64,000 bases of DNA from contig JAAOZP010000011.1 in the NCBI GenBank assembly GCA_011605725.1, forward strand, positions 32,001 to 96,000. The letters run 5' to 3'. The DNA comes from Nitrososphaerota archaeon (lineage in GTDB: Archaea > Thermoproteota > EX4484-205 > JAAOZP01). Position 1 is the first letter of the stretch. The number at the start of each line of letters is the position of its first letter. The position numbers and the translations under genes were made by a program. Positions 28,244-35,940 of this stretch are shown one piece after another. The notes under the pieces are model-generated. The model was given only the letters and a program-made list of their open reading frames with translations, was not told where the DNA came from and searched no databases.

Positions 28244-29388
28244 TCGTAGAGGAGAATCTTCCTTATTCTCGCTTTAAACCTTTTTTGCTCTTCCCTGAGC
28301 CTTAAAACTATTTCCTCAATCCTCGCCCCGCCTAAAATGCTTCTCCTAGTCTCACTGTCGCCTAGCAACCTGTCCATCTTTTCATGCTCAACCATAAACT
28401 CCTTGGAGTGGACTTCTAAAACGGATTGAACCACGTGCACCGCAACCTTGAAAGGCCTGACTCTCTTCGGGTCCACCACAACCAGGTGGACACCCCTGCA
28501 AACCTCGCCCCTATGCTTCGAAGAGAAGGGGATAAACCTGGTTTCCATGGGGCGACACTCTTTTCCAAGCCTCTTTTTCAAAATTGAAACAAGCTCCGCT
28601 GACTTGAGCCATGGGGCGCCGAAGACTTCGAAAGGCTTGTAGGTCCCCCTGCCTTCAGAAAGGTTTGTGGCTTCAAGCAGAACCATTCCCGAGTATAGTA
28701 ATGCGGTGGTTGGAGTTGGTATTGCGGGCGAGGGATGTATCCAGGGTAGGCCTGTTTCAGGATGATGCATCATCCTGCTCCATCCGGACATGGTTACCAC
28801 CTTAGGAGGCTTCAAATTCTTCTCGGAAGCGTAGAGAAGACCAAGCTCGCCAGGAGTCAAACCGTATCTGAGGGGAAGATAGTATGGTCCGACGAACGAT
28901 TCCAAACCCTTCTTTAACACTGGGCCCTCGACGGTAACTCCTCCTACTGGATTAGGCCTGTCGAGAATCATGAAGTCAACATCCTTCGCAGACGCCTCTT
29001 CCAAACAGTTCAGCATGGTTGATATGTAGGTGTAGGTTCTACACCCAACGTCTTGAATATCGTAAATGATTATGTCTAAGCCCTCAAGCATTTCCACGCT
29101 TGGCCTCCTCTGAGCGCCGTATAGGCTTTGGACCCTAACTCCTTTCAGAGGAAGTATTTCAGATTCCACCGGCTCACCGGCGCCGTAAGCCCCCCACAGC
29201 CCGTGTTCAGGCGTAAAGATGGTTTTAATCCGAATCCTCTTTCCAAGAAGCTGTAGGTAAGAAGGATCAAGGCTTCCAGTTACTGAAGTATGGTTTATGA
29301 TGAGCCCCACGTTTAGTCCACGCAGCTTTTCAACCAGCTTTTCACTATCTAGAAGAACATCAAGCCCCGGCTTAACCCTGCTTGCCAA
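28240..29388 (-). CDS. namZ: Exo-beta-N-acetylmuramidase NamZ (DUF1343/YbbC, GH171)
   Basis: GL..NHT, PEHG, SLYG, DIQDVG.R.YTY, LDRPNP, G.T.GEL and SEGRGT..PFE..GAPW motifs. No signal peptide is visible. Confidence 0.9.
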   Translation of the reverse strand: MASRVKPGLDVLLDSEKLVEKLRGLNVGLIINHTSVTGSLDPSYLQLLGKRIRIKTIFTPEHGLWGAYGAGEPVESEILPLKGVRVQSLYGAQRRPSVEMLEGLDIIIYDIQDVGCRTYTYISTMLNCLEEASAKDVDFMILDRPNPVGGVTVEGPVLKKGLESFVGPYYLPLRYGLTPGELGLLYASEKNLKPPKVVTMSGWSRMMHHPETGLPWIHPSPAIPTPTTALLYSGMVLLEATNLSEGRGTYKPFEVFGAPWLKSAELVSILKKRLGKECRPMETRFIPFSSKHRGEVCRGVHLVVVDPKRVRPFKVAVHVVQSVLEVHSKEFMVEHEKMDRLLGDSETRRSILGGARIEEIVLRLREEQKRFKARIRKILLYD

Positions 29389-29389
29389 A

Positions 29390-30112
29390 CTACTCGCCCA
29401 GGAGGCTTTTCCTCCTTACTCTTTTAACACCCCAGTCTCCGAGCGTCATGAATGCTTCCGCGTATTGAAAGCCGACTTCAAGTCCTCTAATCCTTTTCAA
29501 GCAGGAATAGTAATCCACATAGTTAAACCCACTATACTTTCCAGAGGTAAAATCATACGTCTTAATTAAATCCACGTATTTTTCGAAAACACTGCTAACA
29601 TCTACATACACCTCCGGTTGAAAGCCCTGCGGGTCCTCCCAGTTCTCAGGATAGTAAAGCTCAGCCAGCCTGCTGTTCTTCCCCTCAGCCCTCTGCTCCC
29701 CGGTGAAGCGTTCGAAAGCCTGAATGGCGAGAAGATGACATGCAAGATGGTCAGGATGATAGCTTCCCTTCCAATGTATCAGGACTGCATCAGGCTTGAA
29801 CTCTAAAAGGCTTCTGTACATTTTCAGCTTGACTTCCTCAGCATCATAGGGCACGCCTTCCACACACCCTAGGAAACACACTTCAGCATTCAGCTTTCTT
29901 GCCGCTTCTAAAGCCTGTTTAACCCTTGTTTCAGCATACTCTTCAACCGAGACCCCCGGCGGCCTGGCCCATTTGCCTGACGGCTTGAACATGTGGAGTA
30001 TGAGACACCTCCCGCCTTCTTCAGCATTCCTCAGAATTGTTCCACCAGCTGTGATTTCAACATCTCCTGTGTGCGCGCTGAACGCGAGTATTTTAACACC
30101 CATTGCGGTCAC
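29390..30112 (-). CDS. PIG-L/LmbE-family N-acetyl-sugar deacetylase
   Basis: AHTGD (HxxD variant), R..EA-like helix, HPDH, ENWED and G..YAEAF motifs. Confidence 0.85.
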   Translation of the reverse strand: MTAMGVKILAFSAHTGDVEITAGGTILRNAEEGGRCLILHMFKPSGKWARPPGVSVEEYAETRVKQALEAARKLNAEVCFLGCVEGVPYDAEEVKLKMYRSLLEFKPDAVLIHWKGSYHPDHLACHLLAIQAFERFTGEQRAEGKNSRLAELYYPENWEDPQGFQPEVYVDVSSVFEKYVDLIKTYDFTSGKYSGFNYVDYYSCLKRIRGLEVGFQYAEAFMTLGDWGVKRVRRKSLLGE

Positions 30113-31029
30113 TCTCCTCCGATGCTCTTGGCGAAAACTGCGAATCTGCGGGTTTCAGACATTCCGTTCCTAATGTAGAAACTATAGTTTCTCCCACCGC
30201 CCCATGCAAGCCAAGCGTTTTTACCTCCGAGAGACTGAATTAGCCTTAAACACCTGTGAAACAGGACTGTCCCAACCCCCTTGTTCCTATGCTCCTCCGC
30301 GACTCCAAACGGGCCGAAATGCTCTATTAAGCCATCAGTCGCTATTTGACAGTAGCCAACTATCTCCCCGTTGCGTAAAGCCAGTGTAAACCAGTCGAGA
30401 CACCGAGGATATCTCTCCATAGTCCTCCTAGCGTCCTCATACCACCATGGGAACCTGGCTTTAAGAAAGAGGAGAAGCTCCAAAACATGTTCATCGTCAA
30501 GCTGCTGGAACGAATACCCTTCTGCCGTAAGCTTTTTCTCAAGTTCTAAAACCTCTCTTGGAGTAGTATACCCCATGAGCGACATGCTCATTGAAACAGA
30601 CTCCCTGTTTAACTCGCTGTAACCATTCTTAGTGAAAAAGCCTATAGCCCTAGAGTAAGCCTTAACGTCAACCCCGGGAACAAGGTATCTCGGGCCGCCT
30701 GAGAAGACTATTCGCCTGATTCCTTTCTTACTTAGTTTCTCCTCAATGGTTGCAAGCATTCTAGATCCGATTCCCCTGCGTCTGAAACCCTGTTTTACAC
30801 CAAGTATGTTGATGTAGCCTGTTTCACCCCTCGTCACGGAGTAAATGAATCCAACAACCTCTCCCTCGAGCTCGGAAACAATGCATAGCTCAGGATCATA
30901 ATTCTCTTGCAGGAGAACCCTGTACCTGAAGGATTCTTCGTTAAGCCTGTCTAGAGGCATTGCGTCATTGATGATTTCCAGAACAGGCTTGAGATCCCTG
31001 CCTTTAAAACTTCTTTCCTCCAGGTTCAA
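30109..31029 (-). CDS. Tandem-GNAT acetyltransferase, GlmA-like (glucosamine/glucosaminide N-acetyltransferase)
   Basis: Two GNAT repeats (V...RRRGIG; FGPFGV...RNKGVG) and Y.VPGVD. First gene of the namZ/murK operon. The specific function is inferred. Confidence 0.75.
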   Translation of the reverse strand: MNLEERSFKGRDLKPVLEIINDAMPLDRLNEESFRYRVLLQENYDPELCIVSELEGEVVGFIYSVTRGETGYINILGVKQGFRRRGIGSRMLATIEEKLSKKGIRRIVFSGGPRYLVPGVDVKAYSRAIGFFTKNGYSELNRESVSMSMSLMGYTTPREVLELEKKLTAEGYSFQQLDDEHVLELLLFLKARFPWWYEDARRTMERYPRCLDWFTLALRNGEIVGYCQIATDGLIEHFGPFGVAEEHRNKGVGTVLFHRCLRLIQSLGGKNAWLAWGGGRNYSFYIRNGMSETRRFAVFAKSIGGE

Positions 31030-31112
31030 CGAAAAACTTGTTCAGAATGGAGACATATAAGTGTTTCTTTCAAGCTTAAGATTTATCATCAAGCGGGTTA
31101 ACAGATAGCGGG
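31030..31112. promoter_or_regulatory. Divergent promoter region of the GNAT-deacetylase-namZ-murK operon and murQ
   Basis: 83-bp intergenic region with a minus-strand TATA-like CTTATAT (about 31056-31062) and a plus-strand AAGATTTAT (about 31078-31086), each about 25-30 nt from a TTG start. Confidence 0.5.
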
Positions 31113-32108
31113 TTGAAGACTGCCTCAAGACTGGAGAGGATAGACGCCGAGTTTGAAAAACTGTTAACGGAGCATAGGAATCCTAGTACGGTTAAAATCG
31201 ACAGGGTTAGTATACCTGAGGCTTTGAAAATGATAAACAGGGAGGATAAGAAAGTAGCGAAGGCTGTTGAACTCGAGATACCGAAGATAGCGAAGGCTGT
31301 TGAAACAGTTGTCAAAGCATTCAAGAAGGGTGGTAGACTGATATATGTGGGTGCAGGCACGAGCGGCAGAATAGGGGTTATAGATGCTGCCGAATGTCCA
31401 CCTACCTTCGGCACAAGTCCAAGAATGGTTCAGGCGCTGATAGCTGGTGGAAGAAGAGCAATGTTTAGAGCTGTTGAGGGTGCGGAGGACGATATGAAGG
31501 CAGGTGTTAAAGATGTTAAGCGTCTGAGGGTTTCTGAGAGAGATGTTGTCATAGGTTTGAGCGCCTCAGGCAGGGCTCCCTATGTGGCTGGTGCTCTTAA
31601 AGAGGCTAGGCGGAGGGGCGCTGGAACAATCGTTGTTGCAACAGTACCAAACCCTCGAATAGGGCAGTACGCTGACATAGTGATAACGCCCATAGTGGGG
31701 CCAGAGGCGATAGCTGGATCCACGAGAATGAAGGCCGGTACTGCGGAGAAAATGGTGCTAAACATGATTTCAACAGTATCCATGGTGAGAATCGGAAAGG
31801 TGTATACGAACCTGATGATAGACATTAAGCCTTTAAGCGTGAAGCTTAGGTCACGAGCCAGGAGGCTACTGCGTTTCTTTTCAGGAGTGTCGAGCGAGGA
31901 AGCTGAGGAAATATACAGGAGGAGCAAGTATGATTTGAAGGTTGCCCTAGTAATGGCTTTAGCAAGGGTTGGGGCCCGCGAGGCTAGAAGAGCTTTGAAG
32001 GAGAGTCAAGGCCTAGTCTGGAAGGCGATAAGGCTGGTTGAGGAAGAAGGAGTTAAATCTGGTTTAAAACTCGAAAACAACCACGTCGTAAACCATCAAA
32101 CTGTCTAG
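31113..32108 (+). CDS. murQ: N-acetylmuramic acid 6-phosphate etherase
   Basis: TE.RNP, GAGTSGR.G..DA.ECPPTFG (first catalytic Glu), EGAED (second Glu), SASG..PYV, GPE.I.GSTRMKAGTA and GKVY.NLM.D motifs. Confidence 0.93.
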   Translation: MKTASRLERIDAEFEKLLTEHRNPSTVKIDRVSIPEALKMINREDKKVAKAVELEIPKIAKAVETVVKAFKKGGRLIYVGAGTSGRIGVIDAAECPPTFGTSPRMVQALIAGGRRAMFRAVEGAEDDMKAGVKDVKRLRVSERDVVIGLSASGRAPYVAGALKEARRRGAGTIVVATVPNPRIGQYADIVITPIVGPEAIAGSTRMKAGTAEKMVLNMISTVSMVRIGKVYTNLMIDIKPLSVKLRSRARRLLRFFSGVSSEEAEEIYRRSKYDLKVALVMALARVGAREARRALKESQGLVWKAIRLVEEEGVKSGLKLENNHVVNHQTV

Positions 32109-34250
32109 AGTGTATTCGAAAAAGTCGGCATGCTCTCTGCCGGGCAGCATGTTTCTATCACTCAGCTTAAAAACTCTCCTAGGCCGGCTTCCCCTGGTTC
32201 TAATCTTGATGTTTTGCACACGGGTTATGCTTGAAACAGGTCTCTGCATGTCTCCCGTAACGTTGACGAGGTGGACAAGAATTCTTCCAGCGTTTTTCTG
32301 CTGCCTGACTTCAAACAGGACGGTTTCCGGAGCGTCAACCTCCACAATAGGAGGCCTACGCATTGCAAACCTGACGCAGTCAGCATAAACCTGCGAGATG
32401 TCTGGAATCCTGTATCTAGTGTAGAAATCTTCAATCAACGAGGAGAAGTATATTGTTCTGCTACCACCGTGACGCCTGCAGATGATTGCAGCATAGTTCG
32501 AAACCCCTTTGGGAGCCGAGTAATAAGCACCTATCGGATTCATGAAAAAGCATATGGCAGCAGCATCCTGCCTGCTTAAAGTTTTAAGACTGTACACTGG
32601 CCTAGGGATTAATGCGTGTCTAGGCATTGAGAAGATTTTCTCCTCGGACTCTGCAAGCCTCATGTATTCTTCACCCACTCTAGGAAGCATCATGCCGTCG
32701 CATTTTTCTATGCCTAGAATACTCCAGAGCGGGTTTTCAAGCCTACGATCCCCATACTCGTCGTAACAACCGGTTTCAAAGGAGCAGACCACGCTTCCCC
32801 CGTTTTCAATGAAGTTTCTAATACTGCGGATCTGTTCATCGCTCAAGCAGGCGGAGTTTGGAAGGATTAGCAGAGAGTATTTTTTCAACTCGCCTTTGGC
32901 AAGAGCATCATCCAGAACCACGTCATACGGGATATGAATACGGCTTAAAATGGTTGCAGCACCCAGTATAGAGTTAGTGTAGACCTCGTCACATACCGCC
33001 TTCCTCGCTTTCAGGTTTATTTTCATATTGCTAGCGCCATCCTCTATTTTAAGGTCCCTCTCAACACCTGTCCCAGGATCAACGTATAGTTCTCTGAGTT
33101 CAGACAAGTAGAACGTGGATGTTTGCGATGAGAGCAGTAGGGCGACCTCAGCCTTGGAAACGGTGTCAGTATAGTACTCTTCGTTCCTAGAGAGAAAGCC
33201 GAGAATGTTTCTCATAGGGGTTAAGGCATCCTCCAGCCTAGTGTCTAGAGCGTAGTTGAACACTGCAAACCATGGGTTTGCCCCGCAGGAGACGGTTTGC
33301 GCAACAGAGATCTCGGCCTCGAAACGTGGAAGCGGCACGTAATGCCAACTACCAAGTGCGTGATGGCTGAAGACAACCGCAGGCTTGCCTTTTGCAGCAA
33401 GATGCTTAGCCTCAAGCGTCCAGAAGACTATGGGAACATTCTGAGAACCAGGGTGGAAGAAAGCCTCTGCACCGTTGAAATCCTCGTATTCACTAAGCTT
33501 TTCAATGTTGCGGGCTACTCTCCAGCTGCCAGGCCACCAAGCACCACCATTAAGAAATATTACTCCCTCCTCATTCACCCTCTTGACGGCTTGGCGAGCA
33601 TCCCTGAGGAAATCGGTCATGGATTCTTCTCTGAACTCTATGAATCTCTTCCAGAGAGGGTTAGACCAGTCTTCCCAGCTGGGGATCTCGCTGCCATACT
33701 TGGCTGAAAACTTTTCCCGGCATGACTCGCAGTAGCAGCACTCTGGGAAGACGACCGGTCCATCCAGGAAAACCCCGTCAATCCCTGTTTTCATAGCCTC
33801 CTCTATGAGTTCGAAAGCCCAGTTTCTCCATCCTGAGTTTACGCAGAAAGTGGTTCCAGAGCCGTAAAGCGGATGTACGCTGCCATAGCTTCTTCCATCC
33901 TCAACACGTTGCTCCCAATCAGCATGCTTCCGTCCAAACTCGTACGAGTACCAGTGCATGTTTAAGTAGGCTAGGACCCTGATGCCATGTTTTCTAGCAT
34001 AAGGCAAGTATTCCCTTATTAGGTCGAAATCACCCAGATCAGGATACTTTTCAAACTTAGGCGTGTTGAAAGTCGTCAGGTAGCCGAGCCCAGGAGCCGT
34101 TCCCGGAGTCCCTATAACCCATTCGCAATTAATATTCCACTCCTCTTTTTTCCACCGGGCCAGCCTATCCATGTCTGACTCCGCCACCCTGTTTAAAGCG
34201 TCCAGATAGTCAAGCCTCATCATCCTGACTGGTTTTCTCCACCATTCCAA
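32064..34250 (-). CDS. Putative glycoside hydrolase (GHL6/GH151-like TIM barrel plus beta-galactosidase trimerisation/GATase-like domain)
   Basis: C.NS.W, DGVFLDG, CCYCESC Zn motif, LILPN.ACLS...GG..V trimerisation-domain motif and C-terminal VHLVN. Confidence 0.7.
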   Translation of the reverse strand: MEWWRKPVRMMRLDYLDALNRVAESDMDRLARWKKEEWNINCEWVIGTPGTAPGLGYLTTFNTPKFEKYPDLGDFDLIREYLPYARKHGIRVLAYLNMHWYSYEFGRKHADWEQRVEDGRSYGSVHPLYGSGTTFCVNSGWRNWAFELIEEAMKTGIDGVFLDGPVVFPECCYCESCREKFSAKYGSEIPSWEDWSNPLWKRFIEFREESMTDFLRDARQAVKRVNEEGVIFLNGGAWWPGSWRVARNIEKLSEYEDFNGAEAFFHPGSQNVPIVFWTLEAKHLAAKGKPAVVFSHHALGSWHYVPLPRFEAEISVAQTVSCGANPWFAVFNYALDTRLEDALTPMRNILGFLSRNEEYYTDTVSKAEVALLLSSQTSTFYLSELRELYVDPGTGVERDLKIEDGASNMKINLKARKAVCDEVYTNSILGAATILSRIHIPYDVVLDDALAKGELKKYSLLILPNSACLSDEQIRSIRNFIENGGSVVCSFETGCYDEYGDRRLENPLWSILGIEKCDGMMLPRVGEEYMRLAESEEKIFSMPRHALIPRPVYSLKTLSRQDAAAICFFMNPIGAYYSAPKGVSNYAAIICRRHGGSRTIYFSSLIEDFYTRYRIPDISQVYADCVRFAMRRPPIVEVDAPETVLFEVRQQKNAGRILVHLVNVTGDMQRPVSSITRVQNIKIRTRGSRPRRVFKLSDRNMLPGREHADFFEYTLDSLMVYDVVVFEF

Positions 34251-34338
34251 GTTTTTTCGAAATACGGTTAACAGTAGGAGTTAAAAACGTTGAGGAGCAA
34301 CGTTTTTCAAAAAAGACGAGTGGCAGTGTTTAAAAACT

Positions 34339-35859
34339 CTAAGCAACCGTGTAATCCGGAACCCTTTTCAACAGCATTCCCCCTATCGGTATCGGCGTGA
34401 GCCTTTGCGCTAAAGCCTTTGCTCGCTCCAGCTTAACCATGCTGTCGGCATAAATCGTAAACAGCTTATCGCTCTTCTTAACTTGGCTGCCCATTTTCTG
34501 CCAGATCACCATGCCCGCCCCCTTATCCCTGGGAGCCCCAGCCGCACGACATATCTGTATCACAGCAGCATTGTTAACCATTTGAACATACCCGTCCTCC
34601 CAAGCGGTAAAGTCATAAGTGTACCGGCCCACCTTAATATCGTCGGAAGTTATTTCAGCGTTACCGCCTTGAGCAGCAATAATCTCCTTAAGCTTCGAGA
34701 GGGCTTTTCCACTTTTCAAGGTTTCCTCAGCAAGCTCCTTACCCTTCCCCCTTTCAACTACCCCCGCCATCTCCAGGAGGATTCCAGCTAGGACGCAGGA
34801 CTTCTCAACCAGGCTTCTAGGCGCATACTTGCCCTCTAAAGCCATCAATGCCTCTCTGGCTTCCAGCGCGGGACCAACAGCTCTTCCCAACGGTTGTGAA
34901 CCGTAGGTTATGGCGCATTCAACCCTTATGCCAACCCTTCTCCCGAGCTCTATGAAGTCTTGGGCTAGGCTCCTAGCCTCGTCCTCCGTCTCAACCTTAG
35001 CCCCTTTCCCCGTCGGGATGTCTATCAGGAGAAGCTCGACGCCAGCAGCCTTCTTCTTAGACATCACTGAAGCGAGAACCTGAGGCTTGGGGTCGAGAGA
35101 GAGTGGATACTCGGCTCTTATTATCTTGTCATCAGCGGGAGCAAGGTTAACACTGCCACCCCATGCCAAGGTGCCTCCGATGCTTTCAGCGATAAACTTT
35201 ATCTTTTGAGCCGTTAGAGACACTGGGGCAAGCACCTCCATGGTGTCAGCTATTCCAGATGGGCTGGTTATTGCTCTCGACGATGTTTTCGGTATTGTAA
35301 CCCCGTTGGCTGCAACTATTGGAACAGTTAGCAAGGCATACTTGTTGCCGGGAACCCCTCCAATACTGTGGACATCAACAATGGGCGATTTATCGAAAAC
35401 AATGGTTTCACCTGTTTCAACCATCGCTTTAACCATTTCCGTCACCTCATCCATATCCATGCCACGCATCTCGATCGAGCTCACGTATGCGGAGAGCTCA
35501 ATGTCTGAAAGATTGTTCTCCACGATATCTCTAATAATCACGCGTATCTCCTCTCCGGATAGCTTTTGCCCTTTCATCTTCTTCTTAATATAGGCTATGG
35601 ATTGGGGTCTCTCGCCTGGGACCACGTTAACCGTATCGCCGTCCTTCAACCCTAGAGCCTTAGCGACCTCCGTGAAGACTCCTATCTCACCCCTGTTTAA
35701 CAGGGTTGAAGTGATATTCGCCACAGCCGTCAGGGATCCTTTCTCACAGTATATCCTTACGTGGTCAAGCGGATGGACTCCAAGCTCTCCTGCATCATCC
35801 GCGTTTAGAAGAACCTCGTAGGAACCCTGCTCAATGTCTATGAACCTTGCTTTAAACAT
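34339..35859 (-). CDS. deoA: AMP phosphorylase (archaeal thymidine-phosphorylase family)
   Basis: N-terminal double-psi domain, D.HSIGGVPGNK, KTSSRAITS..G.AD, LAPADD, GPALEA and AGAP.DKGAG. Confidence 0.92.
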   Translation of the reverse strand: MFKARFIDIEQGSYEVLLNADDAGELGVHPLDHVRIYCEKGSLTAVANITSTLLNRGEIGVFTEVAKALGLKDGDTVNVVPGERPQSIAYIKKKMKGQKLSGEEIRVIIRDIVENNLSDIELSAYVSSIEMRGMDMDEVTEMVKAMVETGETIVFDKSPIVDVHSIGGVPGNKYALLTVPIVAANGVTIPKTSSRAITSPSGIADTMEVLAPVSLTAQKIKFIAESIGGTLAWGGSVNLAPADDKIIRAEYPLSLDPKPQVLASVMSKKKAAGVELLLIDIPTGKGAKVETEDEARSLAQDFIELGRRVGIRVECAITYGSQPLGRAVGPALEAREALMALEGKYAPRSLVEKSCVLAGILLEMAGVVERGKGKELAEETLKSGKALSKLKEIIAAQGGNAEITSDDIKVGRYTYDFTAWEDGYVQMVNNAAVIQICRAAGAPRDKGAGMVIWQKMGSQVKKSDKLFTIYADSMVKLERAKALAQRLTPIPIGGMLLKRVPDYTVA

Positions 35860-35940
35860 TAAAAAATAGGGGTGAACGTGTGCTTTTAACCTTTAAGCTT
35901 GCGCGGCGAATAGTCTGAATATTCCAGCGTCTTTCAGACG

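Noticed and set aside
31255-31304. 17-bp direct repeat (TAGCGAAGGCTGTTGAA) in murQ
   Set aside because: There are only two copies, in frame, encoding the usual repeated helix (AKAVE). It is not a CRISPR or mobile-element signature.
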